From Gemmatimonadota bacterium (GTDB taxonomy: Bacteria > Gemmatimonadota > Gemmatimonadetes > Gemmatimonadales > GWC2-71-9): a DNA stretch of 64,000 nucleotides. How positions within the stretch are numbered: the stretch's first letter is position 1; every line of letters begins with the position of its first letter. The stretch lies in assembly GCA_039588255.1 (NCBI GenBank), contig JBDHAF010000008.1:7102-71101 (forward strand), written 5' to 3'. Shown here piece by piece: positions 44,169-54,251 of the stretch. The notes below the pieces were generated by a model. The model made no database searches and was not told the origin of the DNA. It saw only the letters and a program-made list of their open reading frames with translations. Made by a program: the position numbers and the translations under genes.

Positions 44169-46439
44169 TTGACTGCGCTGGCGCGCGCCGTGGTCCGCCT
44201 GAGATTCCTGGTCATCGCCCTCTGGGGTGTCGTGGCCGCCCTGGCAATACCTCGTGCCGCGCATGTGGAAGAGGTTCTCCGCAGCGAGGGACGCTCTCTG
44301 CGTTTGACGGAATCGCATCAAGTAACGCAGACGATGCTGGAGAGCTTCGACCGGCCCACCGTGAGTTTCATGGCGGTCGTGATAACCGGCCCCATGGTGG
44401 TGGACAGCCAGCCTTACCGAAACGTCGTCGATCGCCTGACGGTCGCCGCTCGTTCCCAGCCGTACATCGACCAGGTGGTTTCCTTCTTAACCGCCGGTGA
44501 CTCGGGTATGGTGAGCGATGACAGGCTCACCACCACATTCATCGCCACCATCACGGCGGACGAGGCGGTGGGCGCGGGACACCTGACCCCCGGCTTCCGG
44601 GCCCTCCTCGGCCGGACGATGGAACGGCTACCGGGCCATGGCGATTACGAGGTCCTCGTCACGGGCAACCCGGCCCTCGATTACGACATCCGCACCGTGA
44701 CCGCCGAGGACGCGAAGCGGAACGAGCTTCTCTCCCTCCTGCCCACGGCGGGAGTTCTCGTTCTCGCCTTCGGCGCCCTCTTTGCGGCGGTTCTTCCCAT
44801 AATCGTCGGCGTATTTGCCATCACCTGTTCCCTGGCGGCGGTGCAGGTGGCGAGCAGTTTCCACGAGATGTCCGTTTTCGTCCTCACCATTGTCACCATG
44901 GTGGGCCTGGCGGTGGGCATCGATTACTCCCTGCTGGTGGTGAACCGGTTCCGCGAAGAGATGAATCGGGGGCGGAGCCGGAAGGAGGCGGCGGTTCGCA
45001 CAATCCAGACTGCTGGGCGGGCCGTGATTACCAGCGGCCTCACCGTGATCGTCGGGTTCGGATCCCTCCTCCTGACGCCGATCATCGAGACCCGATCGGT
45101 GGGAATCGGCGGCCTGCTGGTGGTCTCCCTGGCTGTCCTGCTGGCTATTACGCTGTTGCCGGCGACGCTTTCCATCCTGGGGAGAACAATCGACTGGCCG
45201 AGCTGGCTGGCGCGGCGACTCGCCTGGTATCACAAGCCCACCGCGTGGGAGCGATGGGCACGGTGGCTGTCCAAACATCCGTGGCGTGCCCTGGCGATCG
45301 GGTTGGCGATCGCCGGCACCATCACCTGGCCGCTCGTCCACATCAAGATCGGTCTTCCGGCGGGGGACTGGTTTCCCACCGGTACGGAGTCGACAGCGGG
45401 GGCGGAGCGTCTGGAGAGCAAGATCGGATCCCGCAACGCGCTACTCCCGATTCGCGTGACCCTCGAGGCGCCCCCCGGGGAGCGGATCGTCAGCTCCAAG
45501 TTCGTGAACGGCCTGCGTCGATTCTCCGACTCGATCGCAGCAGATCCGAGGGTCTCGGCCATCAGGGGGCCGGTGAACATCCGCCCCGGCATGTCGCGAT
45601 TGGCCTATCTCGGACTATACGGCAACCTCGACCGCGCCCGGGAGCGGTATCCCGAGTTCTTTGCCACATACGTGTCACCCGACGGCCGAACGGCGTTGAT
45701 GGACGTGACGATCGAAGACAGCACGTCGTACACCAGTGCCATGGATGTCGTGAGGCGGCTGCGCGGTTTGGCCGGTGACGGTATGCGGGGGCTCGACTCG
45801 GTCCAGATCCGGGTGGGCGGCTTCTTCGCGTCGAGCCTCGACCTGCAGAACGACCTCCTGGATCAACTCCCCACGGTCATCGGTCTCGTGTTGGCCATCA
45901 CGGCGATCATGCTGCTCATCGCCTTTCGATCGATTCTCGTGTCGGTCAAGGCGGTCGTGATGAACTCATTGTCCGTGGCAGGGGCGTTCGGACTGTTGGT
46001 CTTGGTGTTCCAGGACGGGGTGGGAGCCGGACTCTTCGGCCTCTCCGGCGCTACAGGAGCGATCTACGTGGTTACGCCCGTGTTGGTGTTCGCCCTCGTG
46101 TTCGGACTCAGCATGGACTACGAAGTCTTTCTCCTCTCGCGTATGAAAGAAGCCTTCGACCGCACGCACAAGAACGATCTCGCAACGATGGAAGGGCTGA
46201 GCGTCACCGCCTCGGTGATCACCAGCGCGGCCGCCATCATGATGATCGTGTTTGGCACATTCGCTTTTTCACGAGCGATCGTAGCCAAGATGATGGGGTT
46301 CGGACTGGCAGTGGCGGTATTGCTCGACGCCACTCTGATCCGCATGGTCCTGGTCCCCGCCGTCATGCACATCGCCGGACGCTGGAACTGGTGGCCCGGT
46401 GTACGATTGCCCGCAGAACCGGAACGGTCCACCGAATAG
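44169..46439 (+). CDS. MMPL family RND transporter
   Basis: GLAVGIDYSLLVVNRFREE, FGLSMDYEVFLLSR, DATLIRMVLVPA..WNWW. Confidence 0.93.
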   Translation: MTALARAVVRLRFLVIALWGVVAALAIPRAAHVEEVLRSEGRSLRLTESHQVTQTMLESFDRPTVSFMAVVITGPMVVDSQPYRNVVDRLTVAARSQPYIDQVVSFLTAGDSGMVSDDRLTTTFIATITADEAVGAGHLTPGFRALLGRTMERLPGHGDYEVLVTGNPALDYDIRTVTAEDAKRNELLSLLPTAGVLVLAFGALFAAVLPIIVGVFAITCSLAAVQVASSFHEMSVFVLTIVTMVGLAVGIDYSLLVVNRFREEMNRGRSRKEAAVRTIQTAGRAVITSGLTVIVGFGSLLLTPIIETRSVGIGGLLVVSLAVLLAITLLPATLSILGRTIDWPSWLARRLAWYHKPTAWERWARWLSKHPWRALAIGLAIAGTITWPLVHIKIGLPAGDWFPTGTESTAGAERLESKIGSRNALLPIRVTLEAPPGERIVSSKFVNGLRRFSDSIAADPRVSAIRGPVNIRPGMSRLAYLGLYGNLDRARERYPEFFATYVSPDGRTALMDVTIEDSTSYTSAMDVVRRLRGLAGDGMRGLDSVQIRVGGFFASSLDLQNDLLDQLPTVIGLVLAITAIMLLIAFRSILVSVKAVVMNSLSVAGAFGLLVLVFQDGVGAGLFGLSGATGAIYVVTPVLVFALVFGLSMDYEVFLLSRMKEAFDRTHKNDLATMEGLSVTASVITSAAAIMMIVFGTFAFSRAIVAKMMGFGLAVAVLLDATLIRMVLVPAVMHIAGRWNWWPGVRLPAEPERSTE

Positions 46440-46452
46440 CCCTATCTTCGCT

Positions 46453-46746
46453 TTATCCCACCTTCCTCTCCACCATTCGCAGGCCCGCTTCCAGCGACCA
46501 CCTTCTCAGGTCCCAGTGCCACGCTTCAACACGCTTCCCCGTGCGCGGGTCCCTCAACCGCTTGTATTGAAGCCACTCCGGCTGCATTCCGATTTCCTCA
46601 CCTAGGCGCAATAGCAACTCCTTGTCGGCCGACACCACATGGGCCATCGGTTCGCCGTTGTAGCTGTGGCGGTGGAACCACATTCCTCCGTCGAGCGCGT
46701 AGATCATACCTTCCCGCCGATGGGCGAACTCACAGATGCCGTTCAA
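46453..46746 (-). CDS. DUF4031-like small protein
   Basis: AHVVS...G...WLQ...WHWDL resembles the DUF4031 pattern; start overlaps the polA stop. Confidence 0.55.
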   Translation of the reverse strand: MNGICEFAHRREGMIYALDGGMWFHRHSYNGEPMAHVVSADKELLLRLGEEIGMQPEWLQYKRLRDPRTGKRVEAWHWDLRRWSLEAGLRMVERKVG

Positions 46747-49496
46747 TGCTTGGCGTCCAACCAGTTGGGACCGATACCCACGTCCACGACCAACGGCACC
46801 TTGAGGCTCGCAGCCGCAGACATTTCCTGGCGCACAATGGCTGCAACTTCGTCAGCATGCCCGGTTGGTGCCTCCAGAACCAGCTCGTCGTGCACCTGCA
46901 GCAGCATCGCAGCACCGAGATCGGCCTTCTGTAGCACACCGTGCAGATTGACCATGGCGATCTTGATGAGGTCGGCGGCCGATCCCTGGATCGGTGAGTT
47001 CATCGCCGTGCGCTCACCGAACGACCGGATATTGAAGTTCTTGTCCCTCAGTTCCGGAATGTATCGCCGTCTTCCGAACAACGTTTCCGCATACCCGCGC
47101 TCCCGCGCTCGCTCCACCGACGCATCTAGGAATGTCCGCACGCCGGCGAAGCGCTCGAAGTACCGCGCAATGAAATCCTTCGCCTCGTCTTGTGTGATCT
47201 CCAGCTGCCGGGCAAGCGCAAACGGACCCTGCCCGTAGATGGTTGCAAAATTGATGGTTTTCGCGCGACCCCGCATTTCGCCAGTCACGTCGTCCGCCGC
47301 CACATCGAAGATGATGGCTGCCGTCTCCTTGTGGATATCGCCGCCCCGGTCGAACGCGTCGATGAACGCCGGGTCATCCGACAGATGCGCCATCACCCGC
47401 AGCTCGATCTGCGAGTAGTCGGCCGCGATGAACACACAACCGGCCGCCGGAACAAAGCAACGCCTGATCTCGGCACCGCGCTGCGTGCGCACCGGAATGT
47501 TCTGCAGGTTTGGATCAGACGACGAAAGGCGCCCAGTCGCCGCGCCAATCTGATTGAAGCTCGTGTGCACCCGTCCCGTGACCGAATTGACGCTGCGAGG
47601 CAAAGCGTCCACATATGTGGAGCGCAACTTTGTCAACTCTCGGTATTCCAGCAGGAGCTTCGGTAATTCGAAGCCTGAACTCGCCAGTTGCGCCAGCACG
47701 TCTGCATCGGTGGACGCACCGGTTTTGGTCTTCTTGATGACTGGGAGCTGGAGTTTCTCGAACAAGACGTGACGGAGTTGGGGCGTGCTGTTGATGTTGA
47801 AGTCCGTGCCGGCCTCGGCGTAGATCGCCCGTTCCAGTCCTTCCAGCTCATCGCGGAAACCGGCGGACAGCCCTCCAAGGCGCTCCACATCCAACGTGAT
47901 GCCCTGCCATTCCATTGCCACGAGCACGCCGATGAGCGGCATTTCGATTTCTTCGAGCAGCCGCCGGAGCCCGGCGGACTCCAGTTGTGGTGCGAAGTGG
48001 TCGCGCAACGCAAGCACCGCTGCCGCGTACCGGCCTGCGTACTCGGCCGCCCGGTCCACCGCTATTTCCGCGAACGGCCGTTCCATCTTCCCTTTGCCGA
48101 CGATCTCTTCGTACGGAGGAACCTGCAGACCGAGGTGTTCGACGCCCAGGGCGCTCAACGCGTGCGAACGTTTGCCCGGATCCAGCAGGAAACTGGCAAC
48201 CATGGAGTCGTAGACGACGCCACTCAACTCCACGCCCGCGGTGCGAAGCCGCAACCAGTCCCGCTTCAGGTTGTGGCCGGCCTTGGGGACATTGCAATCT
48301 TCCAGCAAAGACCGGAGGCCCGCCATCGCTTCGTCCGCGAACGGCGGCGCGTTGAACGGCGCAGTGTCGTTCAGCAAGTCACCGTCCGGCGGTCGGTGTC
48401 GTAGCGGGATGTACCACGCACGCTCCTGGTCCACCGCCACAGCTACCCCGTCCAGGCCTGCGCCCCACGAATCACCAAACGGGCCGTGCGTACTGATTGC
48501 CAGCATTGCCGCGCCGCGCAGCTGCGCGACGAGTTCGTCGATGTCGGAAAGCGACGAAACCAGCTTGCATCCAACCTCGCCTGCAGCCGCTACGGCTTCA
48601 CCACCTGCCTTCTCCACCAGCGTGTGGAACTCGAGCTCCGTAAACAAGGCGCGCCGCCGTGCGGCGTCGCCTTGTTTCGTGCCGAACGCATCGAGGTTCA
48701 ACTCCACCGGCACGTCCTTGCGGATGGTCACGAGGTCGCGGCTGAGCCTCGCTGCAGCCGCTTCGGACAGCAGCGCCTCGCGGGCCCGCTTGCCCTTCAC
48801 TTCCGCTGCATGCGAGAGGATGGAGTCGAGGTCGCCCAAATCGGCGATCAGTTGCCGCGCCGTCTTGTCACCGATCCCCTTCACCCCGGGCACGTTGTCC
48901 GACGAGTCGCCCACCATCGCCAGGTAGTCGATAACGCGGTCCGGTGGCACACCCAGTCGATTGGCCGCGGTTGCCTCGGTGACGAACTCCTCCTGCACCG
49001 CCGCAGGACCGCCGCGTCCAGGATTGAGCAATGAGATACTCGGTCCGATGAGCTGGTAGAAATCCTTATCACCGGATACGATGACCGTGTGTAAGCCGGC
49101 GCCCTCAGCCAGCGTCGCCAGAGTCCCGATCACGTCATCAGCTTCGTATCCGTCGACGGTGACGAGCGGAATCTGGAACGATTCGAGCAGCTGTTCGATG
49201 CGTTCCACCGAACGGTCGAACGTATCCTGCAGCTCCTCATCCAACTTCTCGCGGGTGGCCTTGTACTCGGGGTAGGTCTCCTTGCGGAACGATGAGCCCG
49301 CGTCGTGGACCCAGACCAGGTACTCGGGCTGATACCGCTCGCGGATTCGCAGTAGGAAGTTGGACACGCCCCAGGCGGCCGACGTGTTCTCGCCCCGGCC
49401 GGTGGTGAGCGGCCGCGCGATCATGGCGAAGAACGCTCGATAGATGATCGCGTACCCGTCGATCAAGAAGAGCTGGGGTCTCGGAAGGTCGTCCAT
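46743..49496 (-). CDS. polA: DNA polymerase I
   Basis: LIDGY..YRAF, EADDVIG, GDSSDN, TGRLSSSDPNLQNIP, DYSQIELR, KTINFATIYG, QVHDE. Confidence 0.98.
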   Translation of the reverse strand: MDDLPRPQLFLIDGYAIIYRAFFAMIARPLTTGRGENTSAAWGVSNFLLRIRERYQPEYLVWVHDAGSSFRKETYPEYKATREKLDEELQDTFDRSVERIEQLLESFQIPLVTVDGYEADDVIGTLATLAEGAGLHTVIVSGDKDFYQLIGPSISLLNPGRGGPAAVQEEFVTEATAANRLGVPPDRVIDYLAMVGDSSDNVPGVKGIGDKTARQLIADLGDLDSILSHAAEVKGKRAREALLSEAAAARLSRDLVTIRKDVPVELNLDAFGTKQGDAARRRALFTELEFHTLVEKAGGEAVAAAGEVGCKLVSSLSDIDELVAQLRGAAMLAISTHGPFGDSWGAGLDGVAVAVDQERAWYIPLRHRPPDGDLLNDTAPFNAPPFADEAMAGLRSLLEDCNVPKAGHNLKRDWLRLRTAGVELSGVVYDSMVASFLLDPGKRSHALSALGVEHLGLQVPPYEEIVGKGKMERPFAEIAVDRAAEYAGRYAAAVLALRDHFAPQLESAGLRRLLEEIEMPLIGVLVAMEWQGITLDVERLGGLSAGFRDELEGLERAIYAEAGTDFNINSTPQLRHVLFEKLQLPVIKKTKTGASTDADVLAQLASSGFELPKLLLEYRELTKLRSTYVDALPRSVNSVTGRVHTSFNQIGAATGRLSSSDPNLQNIPVRTQRGAEIRRCFVPAAGCVFIAADYSQIELRVMAHLSDDPAFIDAFDRGGDIHKETAAIIFDVAADDVTGEMRGRAKTINFATIYGQGPFALARQLEITQDEAKDFIARYFERFAGVRTFLDASVERARERGYAETLFGRRRYIPELRDKNFNIRSFGERTAMNSPIQGSAADLIKIAMVNLHGVLQKADLGAAMLLQVHDELVLEAPTGHADEVAAIVRQEMSAAASLKVPLVVDVGIGPNWLDAKH

Positions 49497-49515
49497 GATA
49501 GTCGATGGAGTATAC

Positions 49516-49548
49516 AAAAAAACCCCGCCGGGAATCCCAGCGGGGTTT
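49516..49548 (-). terminator. rho-independent terminator of the cold-shock gene
   Basis: - strand AAACCCCGCTGGGATTCCCGGCGGGGTTTTTTT. Confidence 0.9.
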
Positions 49549-49572
49549 AATTAGGGATGGTCGACTACGGCT

Positions 49573-49782
49573 TCAGGAACCCGGATGCGACACGCTGGAC
49601 GCGTGAAGGCCCTTCTCGCCCGACTCCACTTCGAACTCCACCTCTTGTCCCTCGCTGAGGGTCTTGAAACCCTCCATGTGAATGGAGGAAAAGTGCACGA
49701 ACACGTCCTCACCGCCACTCTCTTGCTCGATAAAGCCGTAGCCCTTCGCGTCGTTGAACCACTTCACCTTCCCTTTGGACAT
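49573..49782 (-). CDS. cold-shock protein (CspA family)
   Basis: [24 protein letters not shown]; GGAGG SD. Confidence 0.96.
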   Translation of the reverse strand: MSKGKVKWFNDAKGYGFIEQESGGEDVFVHFSSIHMEGFKTLSEGQEVEFEVESGEKGLHASSVSHPGS

Positions 49783-49877
49783 CTGGTACTCCTCCTGCAA
49801 ATATGCTGTGCGAAAAAACCGACCCTGGCAATTCTGATACAAGAGCGGCCGGGCTGTCAAGCGTTAGGAGCGAGAGG

Positions 49878-50423
49878 TTAGCCTGTTACCCAGACTACCA
49901 GCGCCACACCCGGCGCTACCACGAGATTGTCATCCAAGGGACGCGACCATCGCTCGAGGGCGGCGGCGGCGATAGCCCCGGCTGCCACGGACGGCAGGGC
50001 CAGCCCGAGTACGGCGAGCGACAGGGCCGCTACCACCATCGCCGCCACTGTGCCGATCCACGACTTGGCCGCACCCCTACCCCAACGACCCCCAACAGTG
50101 GACGCGACCGGATCCGCCACAGCCGCCACGAGCACGCCGGCAGCCGGGCCGGGAATAGGTACCCAGGTCGCTGCCGTGTAGCCCAAGCACAGCCACAATG
50201 CCCCGCTCGGCCGGTGAGATTCCTCGGGGCGGAAAGCCGGGACGGCCCTGGCCAGGAAGGCCTGGAACCCGGGGAACCGAATGCGCATGACCTCGGCCGC
50301 AATGGCAACGACCGCCAGCCCGGTCATCCAGATCTTCAGGTCATCCCACCCGACCGTGCCGCCGACCACGACAAGGGCCGCCGTGCTCACATGGATCGCG
50401 CGCCGAACGGCGCTATTGCTCAC
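49878..50423 (-). CDS. phytol/dolichol kinase-like membrane protein
   Basis: RRAIH, ADPVASTVG, KSWIG, DDNL motifs. Confidence 0.75.
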   Translation of the reverse strand: MSNSAVRRAIHVSTAALVVVGGTVGWDDLKIWMTGLAVVAIAAEVMRIRFPGFQAFLARAVPAFRPEESHRPSGALWLCLGYTAATWVPIPGPAAGVLVAAVADPVASTVGGRWGRGAAKSWIGTVAAMVVAALSLAVLGLALPSVAAGAIAAAALERWSRPLDDNLVVAPGVALVVWVTG

Positions 50424-52627
50424 GGGTTGTTGCTCTCGCCGTACAGGGCCTTGTACAGCTCGCGGTTTCGCAACAGTGTTTGGATATAGCCCCGGGTTTC
50501 GGGAAACGGAATCCGCTCGATGAACCGGAACCAATCTCCGGCTCGAGCTTCCGGATACCTGGACCAACGCCGCATCCGGGATCCTCCCGCGTTGTACGCC
50601 GCCAAGGCGGGGACGACCTCCCCATCGTACTGTCGGAGCACCTGCGCGAGATGCGCCGCCCCGAGATGGACGTTAGCATCGGCAATGCCGAGAAAGGCGT
50701 TGTCCCAGTCCACTTGCAGCTGGCGCGCCAGGCCGCGAGCCGTAGCGGGCATGAGTTGCATCATCCCACGGGCACCGGCGCGGGATGTCGCATCCGCGTC
50801 GAACGCCGATTCCTGACGCACCAACGCCACCAGCAGGAAGGGATCGACATCGAACTCATCGGCCTCTCGCTCGATCAATTGACGATTCGGCCATGGGAAG
50901 ATGATCCTGAGGACGCGCGGGTCGTTGAGGCGGTGGAGCGAGGCAATGCGCCAGCCGATGGCGACGGCAGCCCTCGCCTGTCCCCGGGCGATCAACCCTT
51001 CCGCCACGTCCATGAGCTGTGTGACGTTCCAATGGTCCGGATCTCCAAGGTGCTCGATCAGCGCCTCAGCCTCTCGGTCGAATCCCACTTCCTGGAGCAA
51101 GTCGAGCACGGCGAGTTGCCGTAACACTGCGGGAGAGGGCTCGGTCGGGGGCGGGAGCGCAAAGACCGGAGGCGGAAGCCCGGCAGCCTGGCGCGCCATC
51201 GTTCCGTAGTACCCAATGGAATCGCTGCGAGCCAATCTGCCCCAGTCGTCCTGGGCCGCAGCCGTATCTCCCGCTTCGATGGCCAGCTGCCCGATCTGAT
51301 AGTGAGCGGCTCGGGCCCGGGCTCCCCGTTGCTCGACCTCGACCAGAAAGATCTCAATCGCCGCCGCGACGTCTCCTCGGGCCAACGCCTGAGCTCCCAG
51401 CCGGGAACGGGCGTTCGACGCAAACTCGTCGGCCGGCCAGGTCTCGTTAATCACTCCAAAGAGGCTGTCTGCTTCCCGGAGCCTCCCCTGGTCCTGCCTC
51501 AGGTCGCCCATGAGATAGGTCGCCGCCGGTGCCCGGGGGTGATCCGGATACCGGGTCATAAACCCGCGCAACGCCTGCAACGCTCTGGTGCGTTGGCCCA
51601 AGCGTACGTACGTGCGGGCATGGCGGTACGACGCCTCACCCACTTCCTCACCCTCAGGCTGTGCCGCCGCCTCATAGATCCGGAGCGCCCCCCACCGATT
51701 GCCACTCGCCTCGGTTACTTCCCCGTGAAACATCAGCGTTGCGACGGACGAATCACCGACTGCAACCGCATTGGCCGAATGGGATACCGCATCCGCTGCT
51801 CGCCCGTAGCGCAGAATGGCCCGCGCAACCGCCATGTGCTCTTCCGACGTCACTGGCGGGAACTCCTCGATGGCCATCGCCACACCACTCAAGGCCTGCC
51901 GGCGGTCGCGACGGGCGATGGCCTGGTACGCCAAATCCCGCGCCCGCTCGTTCCATCCCGCCTCGAGCGCCAGCTCCGCCGCCTTTGCGAAGTGACTCAC
52001 GTCTGCCAACGCCTCCGCGGCCGTGCCGGGATCTCCTTCTCTCGCCAAGAACATGGCCCGGGCCTCGGCGGCCAGTTCGCCTCCTGCAAGGGGCGCTTGA
52101 TTGAGGAGCTCGAGGGCGGCTTTCGACTCCCGGGTGATCAACGCCTCCCGGAGCGCCAGCCACCCGGCCGCATCCGGGAAGTCCACCGCTGCCTGCCGAT
52201 AGAGTGTGGCGGCTCGCAGATTGCGACCGCCCAGCTCGTAGGCCTCCGCGGCCCTCCCGCGAAGGATCCCCCTTCGCAGTCCGGCGGCATGACCGGCGGC
52301 AAGGTCGAACACTCTTCCCGCCTCGACATATACGCCGAGGGCGTACTGCGCCGCCGCGTGGATGGCGAGCGGGGCGCCTTCCGCCACCGAGTCGGGGAGC
52401 AGGTGACGAGAGAGAATCTCCAGGGCGCTCTCCGGCCGTCCCAGGGCAAGCTCCGATGCGGCGGCGTCCAGGACATCCGCCATGCCCGCGGAGTCGGAGG
52501 AGAGGCGGCCGGCCAAACCCATGGCGGCGTGCCACGGTCCGACCCACGACGAGCCGCCGTTGCCACCATTCTGCGCGACGGCCGACACGCTCCCGGTGAG
52601 CACACCGGCAGCGAGGAGAGCGAACAC
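50420..52627 (-). CDS. TPR-containing soluble lytic transglycosylase
   Basis: RQES, GMMQLM, AYNAG, ETRGY motifs; helical repeats; signal peptide. Confidence 0.9.
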   Translation of the reverse strand: MFALLAAGVLTGSVSAVAQNGGNGGSSWVGPWHAAMGLAGRLSSDSAGMADVLDAAASELALGRPESALEILSRHLLPDSVAEGAPLAIHAAAQYALGVYVEAGRVFDLAAGHAAGLRRGILRGRAAEAYELGGRNLRAATLYRQAAVDFPDAAGWLALREALITRESKAALELLNQAPLAGGELAAEARAMFLAREGDPGTAAEALADVSHFAKAAELALEAGWNERARDLAYQAIARRDRRQALSGVAMAIEEFPPVTSEEHMAVARAILRYGRAADAVSHSANAVAVGDSSVATLMFHGEVTEASGNRWGALRIYEAAAQPEGEEVGEASYRHARTYVRLGQRTRALQALRGFMTRYPDHPRAPAATYLMGDLRQDQGRLREADSLFGVINETWPADEFASNARSRLGAQALARGDVAAAIEIFLVEVEQRGARARAAHYQIGQLAIEAGDTAAAQDDWGRLARSDSIGYYGTMARQAAGLPPPVFALPPPTEPSPAVLRQLAVLDLLQEVGFDREAEALIEHLGDPDHWNVTQLMDVAEGLIARGQARAAVAIGWRIASLHRLNDPRVLRIIFPWPNRQLIEREADEFDVDPFLLVALVRQESAFDADATSRAGARGMMQLMPATARGLARQLQVDWDNAFLGIADANVHLGAAHLAQVLRQYDGEVVPALAAYNAGGSRMRRWSRYPEARAGDWFRFIERIPFPETRGYIQTLLRNRELYKALYGESNNP

Positions 52628-52701
52628 CTTGGTTAAGTACTTTATGTCGACCTCTCTAACTTGCCGAACTTCAAGAACGAATATTACTTTCGCCCTCTCC
52701 T

Positions 52702-53610
52702 ATGGCCCAGGAAAACCTCGCAGGTAGATCCGTCCACGGTTACCACCTCCTCGAGCGCGTCGGGGAGGGCGGTACTGCCACGGTCTACCGTGCCGAACAT
52801 ACGGAGCACGGGCTCTGCGCCGTCAAGATTCTCAAACCGCGGCTCCGCACCGACGAGAACGCGAGAAAGCGCTTCCTCCGCGAGTCGGAGTATGGCGCCC
52901 GCGTGGAGCACCCCAGCGTGGTCCAGACCTACGCCTTCGGCGAGGAGGAAGGGTTGTACTACCTCGCGCTGGAGTGGGCCGAAGGTGAGCCGCTGTCGGA
53001 TTTCCTGCAACGAACCGGGCGTCTGGTTCCGAAGTTGGTGGCCCATATCGTGACCCAGCTGGCCGGGGCCCTCGGCGCCGCTCATGCATCCGGCATCATT
53101 CATCGCGATTTGAAACCCGAAAACATTGTCTACGATCCCAATACCCAAACCGTCAAGCTCCTTGACTTTGGGATCGCCAGGGACGCCCAGGCCGACCCGG
53201 CACAACGCCTGACCCGCACCGGGTTTTTCGTGGGCACCCTCCAGTACGTCGCCCCGGAGGCCCTCTCCGGGGAGCTCGTAGGATCCGAGGCCGACATTTT
53301 CAGCCTCGCCACCATCACCTATTACCTTCTCACCGACCTCCATCCCTTTGATGGAAGATCCCCGCGAGAATTGTTCCAGCAGCTCCTCACGGCGGACGCC
53401 CGTCCGCTTAACCAAGCGGCAAAGGGGCTCAAATTCTCCAACGGGCTGGAGAGGGCTGTGATGGCAGGGCTGGTGCGGGAGCCGTCCAAGAGGCCGGCGA
53501 CGGTGGAGAAGTTCGCGGAGGCGGTTGCCGAGGCCGCGGCCAGCGACGGTGATGGCGGCGAAAAAAGTGGGATCCTGGGGGTTTTGAAGTCAATAATGGG
53601 AAGGCAGTAG
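52702..53610 (+). CDS. stand-alone Ser/Thr protein kinase
   Basis: GEGGTATV, AVK, HRDLKPEN, DFG, YVAPE. Confidence 0.92.
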   Translation: MAQENLAGRSVHGYHLLERVGEGGTATVYRAEHTEHGLCAVKILKPRLRTDENARKRFLRESEYGARVEHPSVVQTYAFGEEEGLYYLALEWAEGEPLSDFLQRTGRLVPKLVAHIVTQLAGALGAAHASGIIHRDLKPENIVYDPNTQTVKLLDFGIARDAQADPAQRLTRTGFFVGTLQYVAPEALSGELVGSEADIFSLATITYYLLTDLHPFDGRSPRELFQQLLTADARPLNQAAKGLKFSNGLERAVMAGLVREPSKRPATVEKFAEAVAEAAASDGDGGEKSGILGVLKSIMGRQ

Positions 53611-53627
53611 TAGTATGCACTACTACT
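53606..53627. repeat. perfect 9-bp inverted repeat
   Basis: AGTAGTAGT-ATGC-ACTACTACT. Confidence 0.75.
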
Positions 53628-53636
53628 ATCTCTGAC

Positions 53637-54218
53637 GTGTCCTCGACCCCGAATTCACGCCAGATGACCCTTGTCTCCTTGCTCAAGGAACGCTCGCTCC
53701 GCCTCGGCGAGTTCACTCTCTCCTCCGGCAAGAAATCCCACTACTACGTCGATGCCCGGCTGACGACCATGTCGGCGGAGGGCTTGGAGGTCATCGGAGC
53801 GCTGGGCACGAAGATGATCGCCGATGCCGACTGGAAGCCGAGGCTTGTGGGAGGACTCACTCTCGGAGCCGACCCGGTGGCATATGCCATCTCCGTCGCC
53901 AGCCGAACCACTCCACCGGTAATCGACGCGTTTACCATCCGGAAAGAGGCCAAATCCCATGGGACGCAGAGGCAAATAGAAGGTTGCTTTACCAATGGCT
54001 CCGCAGTAGTCGTGGTCGAAGACGTGATCACCACCGGCGGATCGGCGTTGACCGCCATCGAGACCGTAGAGGAGGCTCAGGGTAAGGTGCTGGGGGTCCT
54101 TGGGGTGGTCGACCGGATGGAGGGCGGTAGGTCCGCCATCGAAGAGGCGGGCTATGCCGTGCAGACCATGGTCACCATCCGCGATCTCGGTGTCGATCCC
54201 AACGCGCCACGGAGCTGA
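53637..54218 (+). CDS. pyrE: orotate phosphoribosyltransferase
   Basis: FTLSSGKKSHYYVD, RKEAKSHG, VVVEDVITTGGS. Confidence 0.96.
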   Translation: MSSTPNSRQMTLVSLLKERSLRLGEFTLSSGKKSHYYVDARLTTMSAEGLEVIGALGTKMIADADWKPRLVGGLTLGADPVAYAISVASRTTPPVIDAFTIRKEAKSHGTQRQIEGCFTNGSAVVVVEDVITTGGSALTAIETVEEAQGKVLGVLGVVDRMEGGRSAIEEAGYAVQTMVTIRDLGVDPNAPRS

Positions 54219-54251
54219 CACCAGGGCCCCGCGCCACCCGCCACGAGTTCG

